DNA of 24,124 nucleotides from a virus. Taxonomy: Duplodnaviria > Heunggongvirae > Uroviricota > Caudoviricetes. A program made the position numbers and the translations under genes. The DNA lies in IMG/VR virus record IMGVR_UViG_3300042569_001383, positions 1 to 24,124 of that record; one strand, given 5' to 3'. Below, one piece after another: positions 15,423 to 21,649 of the stretch. Positions within the stretch are counted from its first letter, which is position 1; every line of letters starts with the position of its first letter. A model generated the notes under the pieces. The model worked only from the letters and a program-made list of their open reading frames with translations. It ran no database searches and was not told the origin of the DNA.

Positions 15423-15503
15423 TACCTCGGGAGGGACTTGAACCCTCACACCTTTCGGCAACGGTTTCTAAGACCGCCGTGACTACCATTCCACCACCAA
15501 GGC
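15423..15503 (-). tRNA. trnL-TAG: tRNA-Leu(TAG)
   Basis: CT TAG AA loop, long variable arm. Confidence 0.95.
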
Positions 15504-15510
15504 ATATTTG

Positions 15511-15584
15511 GGTGTATGACGGGATTTGAACCCGTGACCTCTTGAATCACAATCAAGCACTCTAACCAACTGAGCTACATACAC
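15511..15584 (-). tRNA. trnH-GTG: tRNA-His(GTG)
   Basis: CTTGA TT GTG AT TCAAG, C73; position -1 is T. Confidence 0.95.
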
Positions 15585-15586
15585 AG

Positions 15587-15656
15587 TATCGTATATTGGG
15601 TTCGAACCAATCGAGAGCGGGATATGAGCCTACCCTGTCCACCCAGGACCTACGAT
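15587..15656 (-). tRNA. Degenerate tRNA with CAT anticodon (possible elongator Met or pseudo-tRNA)
   Basis: ATCGTA/TACGAT acceptor, ATTGG TTCGAAC CCAAT T arm, CT CAT AT loop; reduced D arm and mismatched anticodon stem. Confidence 0.55.
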
Positions 15657-15662
15657 ATATTG

Positions 15663-15748
15663 AGGAAAGCATTGGAATCGAACCAAATACCTTTGCAGGT
15701 ACACATTGCTTAGCAGGCAAGCCCTATCGCCATCAAGGTTTACTTTCC
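15663..15748 (-). tRNA. trnS-GCT: tRNA-Ser(GCT)
   Basis: CT GCT AA loop, variable arm TACCT GCAA AGGTA. Confidence 0.9.
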
Positions 15749-15753
15749 AATTG

Positions 15754-15827
15754 TGCGTCTAACTGGACTCGAACCAATAACCTTCCGCGTATCAGGCGGA
15801 TGCTCTAACCAATTGAGCTATAAACGC
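15754..15827 (-). tRNA. trnI-GAT: tRNA-Ile(GAT)
   Basis: TCCGC CT GAT AC GCGGA. Confidence 0.95.
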
Positions 15828-15833
15828 ATTGTG

Positions 15834-15908
15834 CTGACCAGGTAGGACTCGAACCTACTATCCTCGGCTTAACAGGCCGTAGCTATATACCACTTAAGCT
15901 TCTGGCCA
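15834..15908 (-). tRNA. trnN-GTT: tRNA-Asn(GTT)
   Basis: CT GTT AA loop, G73. Confidence 0.95.
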
Positions 15909-15914
15909 ATATTG

Positions 15915-15995
15915 TGGAAGTGGTAGGGTTCGAACCTACACGCCTTTCGGACTTGATTTACAGTCAAGCGAGCCAGCCAATTGCTCAACACTTCC
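15915..15995 (-). tRNA. trnY-GTA: tRNA-Tyr(GTA)
   Basis: CTTGA CT GTA AA TCAAG, long variable arm. Confidence 0.95.
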
Positions 15996-16000
15996 AATTG

Positions 16001-16073
16001 TACACCCTATAGGATTCGAACCTATGACATTTGCCATGTAAGGGCAATGCTCTACCAATTGAGCTAAAGGTGC
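16001..16073 (-). tRNA. trnV-TAC: tRNA-Val(TAC)
   Basis: TTGCC CT TAC AT GGCAA. Confidence 0.95.
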
Positions 16074-16078
16074 ATTTG

Positions 16079-16149
16079 TGATCCTGGACGGTAATGATCC
16101 GTCTTCCCCAAATTAAAAGTTTGGTGCATCACCTTAATGCTTCAGGATC
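16079..16149 (-). tRNA. trnK-TTT: tRNA-Lys(TTT), atypical T loop
   Basis: CCAAA CT TTT AA TTTGG; T arm GACGG ATCATTA CCGTC. Confidence 0.85.
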
Positions 16150-16206
16150 TTTCGTTTTGCGATACTTATCGCTCTTGTCACTTTCCATAATTGATCCTTT
16201 TTAACT

Positions 16207-16863
16207 TTAATACTTCCTACCTTTAATCCAACCTAATAACTGAAATTCATTAAATTCGGTTACTTTAATTTTTTTATTCTCAATTCCATTTGTTATCCAA
16301 CAGGTACCAAATTGTGAATTATTCGATCCCACGCAAGTTCCTTTTTTTGCTTCTGACATTTTCTTTTTTGTTTCACTTGAATGTGTCATATTAGTAAAAT
16401 TTCCTTTATGTAACTTAAAATATTCGGTTAATGATTTACTCATATTTTCTCTATATTTTTTAGTTAATTTAGTTTTAGCTAAGTTAGCTAGCCGTTTCTT
16501 TTTACTGTTAATTAAATTAAGTTTCCCAGCATTTATAAAAGCAGATTTATGTTCGTTTGAACTAAATCCTCCATGTCCGCCTTCTTTTAAATTCAAACAC
16601 TTTGAATCTTTAAGGATTTCTTCATTAACTAATTCACGTTCTCGAACTGCTAACAATTCTCTGTCAGGTAAAAATTCTAAGATTTCGCATTTAAAATTTT
16701 CTTTACCATACTTTCGAACCGAATACCATAATCGTTTACCACTACCAATATATCCGTCATTCAACTCGTTTGTCGAATGCATTCCGATATAATACTTACC
16801 GTTTATTAAACATGTAGTTTTATATATAAAATGAAATTTTTTTTCCTTATTGAAGTTTGCCAT
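16207..16863 (-). CDS. GIY-YIG homing endonuclease (Seg-like) with NUMOD3-type DNA-binding motif
   Basis: FIYKTT...KYYIGMH...YIGSG; HSSETKKKMSEAKKG; free-standing in tRNA array like T4 segB. Confidence 0.9.
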   Translation of the reverse strand: MANFNKEKKFHFIYKTTCLINGKYYIGMHSTNELNDGYIGSGKRLWYSVRKYGKENFKCEILEFLPDRELLAVRERELVNEEILKDSKCLNLKEGGHGGFSSNEHKSAFINAGKLNLINSKKKRLANLAKTKLTKKYRENMSKSLTEYFKLHKGNFTNMTHSSETKKKMSEAKKGTCVGSNNSQFGTCWITNGIENKKIKVTEFNEFQLLGWIKGRKY

Positions 16864-16872
16864 ATTCTTTTA

Positions 16873-16883
16873 TTATAAATATA
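16873..16883 (-). promoter_or_regulatory. TATATTTATAA motif
   Basis: Second of three identical copies, 9 nt upstream of ATG. Confidence 0.55.
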
Positions 16884-16907
16884 TACTACAAATTCCAAAC
16901 AGGAACA

Positions 16908-16983
16908 TGGTCTAAATGGTAGGACTCGAACCTACGATCTCAGCATCCCAAATGCCGCGGATTACCAACTTTCCCACATCTAG
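16908..16983 (-). tRNA. trnP-TGG: tRNA-Pro(TGG), CCA encoded
   Basis: CGGCA TT TGG GA TGCTG; ends ...TAGACCA. Confidence 0.95.
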
Positions 16984-17042
16984 TTGTCAACTGTGTAGCA
17001 ATTGCAAATTACTTTTTGTATAGCGCACAGTTGCTCGCTTTG

Positions 17043-17126
17043 AGGAAGAAGTAGGTGTCGATCCCAATACCTTGCAGTACCACCCGCTTTCAAGGCGGAG
17101 TCACAGGCCGCTGTGATTCATCTTCC
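17043..17126 (-). tRNA. trnS-TGA: tRNA-Ser(TGA)
   Basis: TCCGC CT TGA AA GCGGG, long variable arm. Confidence 0.9.
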
Positions 17127-17133
17127 ATTTTTG

Positions 17134-17207
17134 TTGCCCCGGGAGGAGTCGAACCTCCAAACTCCACAGTCAAAGTGTGGTGACTTTGCCAATTCGTCTA
17201 CAGGGCA
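17134..17207 (-). tRNA. trnQ-TTG: tRNA-Gln(TTG)
   Basis: CCACA CT TTG AC TGTGG. Confidence 0.95.
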
Positions 17208-17219
17208 TTGTATGGCCAA

Positions 17220-17234
17220 TATGTCAATGAACTC
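17220..17234 (-). promoter_or_regulatory. BoxA-like element GAGTTCATTGACATA between first and second tRNA
   Basis: 14/15 identical to 8011-8025. Confidence 0.45.
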
Positions 17235-17245
17235 ATGTTCTTTTG

Positions 17246-17318
17246 AGCTTTGAGAGGGACTCGAACCCACAACCTCATCATTACAAGTGACGTGCACTAC
17301 CAATTGTGCTATCAAAGC
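17246..17318 (-). tRNA. trnT-TGT: tRNA-Thr(TGT), first tRNA of the array
   Basis: CGTCA CT TGT AA TGATG. Confidence 0.95.
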
Positions 17319-17326
17319 ATATATGT

Positions 17327-17358
17327 AAAAATCCCGAGCCTAATTAAAGACCCGGGAC
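17327..17358 (-). terminator. Intrinsic terminator / attenuator hairpin
   Basis: GTCCCGGGTCT-TTAATT-AGGCTCGGGAT (11 bp incl. G-U) followed by TTTT; ends 8 nt before tRNA-Thr. Confidence 0.8.
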
Positions 17359-17397
17359 AATTCATTTATATATAAAAATGTATTAACTTATCCCGGA
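17351..17397 (-). promoter_or_regulatory. Putative antiterminator hairpin
   Basis: TCCGGGATAA (17397-17388) pairs 10/10 incl. G-U with TTGTCCCGGG (17360-17351), the 5' arm of the terminator. Confidence 0.65.
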
Positions 17398-17517
17398 ACT
17401 TCCTGTATATTGCTTTGGATCTTGAATCGGCAGCTCCACACAGAAGCGGCTATGATTCGATACCTGATTGGCACTCGACCAACTTAAGCAATTTGATATG
17501 TTAATACGTGTTTTCAT
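17383..17517 (-). CDS. Putative attenuator leader peptide, 44 aa, contains all 20 amino acids
   Basis: Hand-translated MKTRINISNCLSWSSANQVSNHSRFCVELPIQDPKQYTGSSGIS*; two promoter motifs upstream; terminator downstream. Confidence 0.7.
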   Translation of the reverse strand: MKTRINISNCLSWSSANQVSNHSRFCVELPIQDPKQYTGSSGIS

Positions 17518-17523
17518 TTCTAG

Positions 17524-17534
17524 TTATAAATATA
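17524..17534 (-). promoter_or_regulatory. TATATTTATAA motif upstream of leader ORF
   Basis: Third identical copy, 6 nt upstream of ATG 17517. Confidence 0.55.
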
Positions 17535-17567
17535 GGGTTACTTACTTTTCTTTTTATTTATATATTA

Positions 17568-17596
17568 AATATATGAACTTTTTTTTTAATTTCCAA
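17568..17596 (-). promoter_or_regulatory. Promoter TTGGAA-N17-TATATT driving leader and tRNA array
   Basis: Repeated promoter motif; -35 overlaps the thioesterase 3' end. Confidence 0.75.
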
Positions 17597-17996
17597 CCGT
17601 TTTGCCAAGAATGTTTAAAATTCTTTTACGTGCTTTATCTCCTAATGGAATTGCATGGCCTTCTTCATCTATTTGCACAAATTTCATGTTGGTTTTGAGT
17701 ACTACCGTTTGCTTTCCGGTGTATACATTGTGTGCACGTGCTTCAATGTACAATGTAACTGATGTGGTACCTAACTCTTCGGGACGACTAAATATTTTAA
17801 GCAATTGACCTTCTTTGCTTGGCTTCTCGAATGTACATTTGTCAATCATTACCGTTACCATGCGGGGCGTATCACATAGTTGCATTGCGTATGCCACTGC
17901 GGATGCATCCAGCCAAGATAAAAGTTTGCCGCCAAAAAGGTTTCCATGAAATCCTAAATCAGATTTCTTTATTGGGTGTGTTGTTATTAGTTCCAT
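17586..17996 (-). CDS. Acyl-CoA thioesterase (hotdog fold, YciA-like)
   Basis: DLGFHGNLFGGKLLSWLD...VTVMID...F...G...GTTS...FVQID pattern. Confidence 0.9.
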   Translation of the reverse strand: MELITTHPIKKSDLGFHGNLFGGKLLSWLDASAVAYAMQLCDTPRMVTVMIDKCTFEKPSKEGQLLKIFSRPEELGTTSVTLYIEARAHNVYTGKQTVVLKTNMKFVQIDEEGHAIPLGDKARKRILNILGKTVGN

Positions 17997-18016
17997 TGTT
18001 CTGGATATTTTATAGA

Positions 18017-18580
18017 TTATTTAATGATTGTGATGTGACCGTGTATAGATATGCGTTCATCTGAATTTAAAATGCCAAAGTTTATATACCAGATATATAC
18101 TCCATCCGATACCATTTTGCCATTGTACGTGCCATCCCATGTAGCTGCAGAATCAAAACTTTGCCAAATTACGTTGCCCCATCGATTCACAACAATTAAA
18201 TTGAAATCCATGGCATCGAACGCGCCATTAAACACCGGACCCCATGTTGTATTGAATTCATCGCCATTCGGTGTAAAAGTATTTGGAACCCAATATACCA
18301 AATCATCACACTCTTTCACAGTTACCGTAATGGTTTGTGGAGATCCTGGACAATTGTTTGCCACAGGTGTCGCTGACAATGTATACACGCCTGGAGTGTC
18401 CCATGTAATGTTTACGGAGTTTCCATAATAATACTGCGAATTTAACTCCCATTCAATAGTACTAGCAATGTTTGATTGTGTTGAATATGTGTATGTTGCT
18501 GTATCATCGCATAATTCTACCGTCTGTTGCGAGAATAGCCATAATGGCATCCATATTAATATGTACGTGATGAACCGCAT
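18017..18580 (-). CDS. Secreted protein with T9SS type-B (gliding-motility-associated, CHU_C-like) C-terminal sorting domain
   Basis: VPNTFTPNGDEFN...VNRWG..IW..WDGTY..GVYIW; signal peptide MRFITYILIWMPLWLFS-Q; start reassigned to 18580. Confidence 0.85.
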   Translation of the reverse strand: MRFITYILIWMPLWLFSQQTVELCDDTATYTYSTQSNIASTIEWELNSQYYYGNSVNITWDTPGVYTLSATPVANNCPGSPQTITVTVKECDDLVYWVPNTFTPNGDEFNTTWGPVFNGAFDAMDFNLIVVNRWGNVIWQSFDSAATWDGTYNGKMVSDGVYIWYINFGILNSDERISIHGHITIIK

Positions 18581-19134
18581 TAGTTGTGTTGTATTGGGGT
18601 TAATACTGGTATTGAATTTACTTGAACGTTGCTGGTTGTGGTGAATGTACAACCACTTTGCGTGTATGTATATGTTACGATGCTATTAGATACACCCGGA
18701 CAATATTGTGTACCTGACACTCCAACACCAGACCAAGCACCTCCAATTGGCGTGGCTGTTAATGCAACACATGGATCATTTGCACAAAATGGGCCTATAG
18801 GTACAATTGTGGGAGTGACTTGATATATTAATACATTGAGTGTAACTGGCGCTGATACGCATCCAATGGCATTAGTAAATGATACAGATACTGCATTGTT
18901 AATTAATCCTGCGGGACATGCTGACCAATTAACTGATATGCTAGTTGTTCCTTGACCCGCAACTAATGTTGCACATGTAGGTATTGTCCATGTATACGTT
19001 CCTGCCCCTACCGATGGTATTGTGTATGTGGATAACGTGTTGGTTTGATAGCATACGGTATCCGGATTTGTTGTTAGTTGTGACCAAGCCATGCTTGATA
19101 TTAACATTGCGGCAATAAATAATAAACGTTTCAT
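18580..19134 (-). CDS. Secreted Thr/Cys-rich beta-sandwich (PKD-like) protein
   Basis: Signal peptide ending WS-Q; TYTWTI...GQGTTSISVNW; YTYT..GC repeats typical of Bacteroidota adhesin-like proteins. Confidence 0.75.
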   Translation of the reverse strand: MKRLLFIAAMLISSMAWSQLTTNPDTVCYQTNTLSTYTIPSVGAGTYTWTIPTCATLVAGQGTTSISVNWSACPAGLINNAVSVSFTNAIGCVSAPVTLNVLIYQVTPTIVPIGPFCANDPCVALTATPIGGAWSGVGVSGTQYCPGVSNSIVTYTYTQSGCTFTTTSNVQVNSIPVLTPIQHN

Positions 19135-19143
19135 AGTTCTCCT

Positions 19144-19740
19144 TTAATTGTGACTGATAACTCCTAGTACTGGTGTTGATGCATTAATGGTGCCGTTAAA
19201 CACGGTTAATGCATTTACAGCATCACATGAGTTGCTAGTATAACTTCCCCATAATCCATCTGGACCGGCAGTAACTTGAATCAATAAACTTTGAGGTGTG
19301 CATGCATTTGCTACAGTTAATGTTACACAAAAAGTCCATGTACATGAACCAGAATCGCCAAAATCGTTGCCTGGATTGCCATCTGTAGTTAAATCAAAAA
19401 AGTATCCTGGGCCTACTGTTACAATGGGAGTTGTGGTTGATGTAACGGAAGTACGCCATACCCATTGCCCTCCGGAACCATTTCCTCCACAATTAGCAGG
19501 AGCAGTTTGTGGTGCAACCGATGCCCACCCAGCGCCCAATGTTAAATCGAATCCTTCTATCCAATTGGTTCCTGCCTGCGAATACCCTGTCATGGTATAA
19601 CACATTGTTACTGTTTGTCCTGGTAAATAAGTTCCAGCTGTTGCTTGAGGTGTCAATGTAAATGATTGCGTTCCGGCACATTGCGATACTGCGTAATTGC
19701 ATAACATTAAACATACTATTAATAACCATTTCATATACAT
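19144..19740 (-). CDS. Secreted Cys/Thr/Gly-rich protein
   Basis: Signal peptide ending VS-Q; beta-rich composition. Confidence 0.75.
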   Translation of the reverse strand: MYMKWLLIVCLMLCNYAVSQCAGTQSFTLTPQATAGTYLPGQTVTMCYTMTGYSQAGTNWIEGFDLTLGAGWASVAPQTAPANCGGNGSGGQWVWRTSVTSTTTPIVTVGPGYFFDLTTDGNPGNDFGDSGSCTWTFCVTLTVANACTPQSLLIQVTAGPDGLWGSYTSNSCDAVNALTVFNGTINASTPVLGVISHN

Positions 19741-19745
19741 AAATA

Positions 19746-20075
19746 TTATTCCACAATTTTTTCTACATATGTACAGGTTTCACCAGCATCGAACCCCTTT
19801 TCCAATAACAATGGTAACGATGCAGGCTTGCACCACGCATACACTAAATAGCCCCGGAATTTAGATTGTACGTAGTCCCAACGTGCATCCCACAACATTC
19901 GAAAGATTCCTTTACGGCGATGGTCTTCATGTACCCACGCATCCAGGAATTTGATTTTTTCATTTTCTTCTCGTTCCATGTAGATGTGTCCTACAATGTC
20001 TCCGTTCACCATGGCGATCCATGTCTCGAGACGTTGAGCATTGCTCTTAAGATGTATTATTTTAATGTCTTCCAT
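19746..20075 (-). CDS. GNAT-family N-acetyltransferase
   Basis: AWVHEDHRRKGI (acetyl-CoA R-x-x-G motif), LLEKGF. Confidence 0.8.
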   Translation of the reverse strand: MEDIKIIHLKSNAQRLETWIAMVNGDIVGHIYMEREENEKIKFLDAWVHEDHRRKGIFRMLWDARWDYVQSKFRGYLVYAWCKPASLPLLLEKGFDAGETCTYVEKIVE

Positions 20076-20470
20076 TATTTTAAATTTTCTTTAACAAAAT
20101 CATCATAAGGTTTATTAATCTTGTCCAATGCATCTGCTATCATTCTTAATTCGTATGACGCCCACGATCCGCCTTGTTCATTCATCCAAAAATGATAGTA
20201 ACCATCTACATCCATTGAGAACGCGCCTAAGCATGCCATGTTTGGTTTGAAAAATACTAGATATCTGAATTTTCCTTCTGGTTTCAATATGATGTTGTCA
20301 TCTTCCTCGTAATTGTAGGCACCATCCGGGCCTATTTGAAAATCATCTGGAACAAATGTTTCAAATTTTTTGTTGAATATGTTATGTAACCAAAAATCAT
20401 AGGTTACGTGTTCTGCAGGTAGTTGACTGTCTTTAAGGTAATTTTGGTACTGTGTTTGTAATGTTGCCAT
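20075..20470 (-). CDS. Hypothetical protein (131 aa)
   Basis: ORF track. Confidence 0.7.
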   Translation of the reverse strand: MATLQTQYQNYLKDSQLPAEHVTYDFWLHNIFNKKFETFVPDDFQIGPDGAYNYEEDDNIILKPEGKFRYLVFFKPNMACLGAFSMDVDGYYHFWMNEQGGSWASYELRMIADALDKINKPYDDFVKENLK

Positions 20471-20473
20471 GGC

Positions 20474-21649
20474 TTAATTTGATAAAGGTGCTTTTATGCT
20501 TGGGTGTGATTGATAATTTGCTAATTGTATGTCTTCTTCAAGTAAACATCGACAAAAATTATCATCAGTAAAATTATTAAATACTGCCGATGCATCAATA
20601 GCTCCAATTCCACATTCACCTGATTCTGTTGGCCAAAATTCTGTGTTGATGTTTAAGGTTGGTAACGGATATGGTTCTCTACCAATCTGTTCTTTTGCTT
20701 GTTCAATGTGATTCAAATACAAATGCGTATCACCTAAATTACCAATTAATTCATCTGGAACCATATTCACTGCTTTTGCTATTATTCCCAATAATAATCC
20801 ATAAGATGCAATATTGAATGGTAACCCTAAGAATGTATCTACTGAACGTTGATTCCACATTAAAGAGATTGCTCTGGTTGGGATATTTCTTGGTGAATTT
20901 TTAAGAGCTTCTAATATTTCTTTCTTTTTTTTACCTTGGCAAGACAACTGCCAAATTAAAGCTGCGCTATTCCCATGTGTGTTTTCAATTGACTTAAACG
21001 CTAATTCTAATCTTTCTTCTAAACTCAACTCTCTTGTATAAACTTGAAATCCAAAGTGACAAGGAGGAAGAACCATTTGATCTAATTCACCTACATTCCA
21101 AGCATTAACCATTAATCGTCTTGAGTCTGGGTTTGTTTTAAGGTCGTTGATTAGGTTCGCAATTTGGTCTATTTGATTCCAAGTAATTATCCTCGTTCCA
21201 TTTTCATCCTTCTCACCAATCATTCCATCCTGTCCTCTCCAATTTCTCCACTGCTTACCATAAATTGGTCCTAACTCACCCCACTTTTCAGCAAACTCAT
21301 CATCTGTTTTGATTTTTTCTATAAACTCTTGATAAGTACACCCTTGAATAAGTTTCCGTGATTGTTTTTCACAGTAGTTCTTATAAGCATCACCATCCCA
21401 AATATGACAATCATTATCTACAAGGAATTTGATGTTTGTATCTCCTCGTAGGAACCATAACAATTCTGTTGTGATTGTTTTGAATGGCATCTTCTTTGTT
21501 GTGAGCAAAGGAAACCCTTCTGACATCTTGTGTCTTATCTGTCTTCCAAAAACAGATAGTGTTCCTGTTCCAGTACGATCTTGCTTCTTGACTCCGTTGT
21601 CTAGGATATCTTGGAGCAATGCTGTGTATTGTTTATCTAACGTGTTCAT
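20474..21649 (-). CDS. thyA: Thymidylate synthase (ThyA) with insertions
   Basis: DRTGTGT, FPLLTTKK, ELLWFL, SRRLMVNAWN, LPPCH, QRSVDTFLGLPFNIASY, GDTHLYLNH. Confidence 0.97.
   Translation of the reverse strand: MNTLDKQYTALLQDILDNGVKKQDRTGTGTLSVFGRQIRHKMSEGFPLLTTKKMPFKTITTELLWFLRGDTNIKFLVDNDCHIWDGDAYKNYCEKQSRKLIQGCTYQEFIEKIKTDDEFAEKWGELGPIYGKQWRNWRGQDGMIGEKDENGTRIITWNQIDQIANLINDLKTNPDSRRLMVNAWNVGELDQMVLPPCHFGFQVYTRELSLEERLELAFKSIENTHGNSAALIWQLSCQGKKKKEILEALKNSPRNIPTRAISLMWNQRSVDTFLGLPFNIASYGLLLGIIAKAVNMVPDELIGNLGDTHLYLNHIEQAKEQIGREPYPLPTLNINTEFWPTESGECGIGAIDASAVFNNFTDDNFCRCLLEEDIQLANYQSHPSIKAPLSN

Noticed and set aside
13131-17315. ORFs 13131..13322, 14809..15045, 14825..15091, 14943..15158, 15347..15529, 15596..15808 and 17118..17315
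   Set aside because: They overlap clear tRNA cloverleafs and are chance frames in GC-richer tRNA sequence.
17468-17698. Plus-strand 76-aa ORF over the array leader
   Set aside because: It is antisense to the promoter, leader ORF and thioesterase end; the minus-strand leader explains the region better.
1862-18652. Upstream-extended starts given by the track (1921, 4326, 7371, 8837, 14793, 18652)
   Set aside because: They overlap upstream genes or promoter motifs; downstream ATGs match family N-termini or stop-start coupling.
20474-21649. Intron or intein in the long thyA
   Set aside because: The frame is continuous, the extra length is two modest in-frame insertions, and no intein C/S...HN or group I intron hallmarks were seen.
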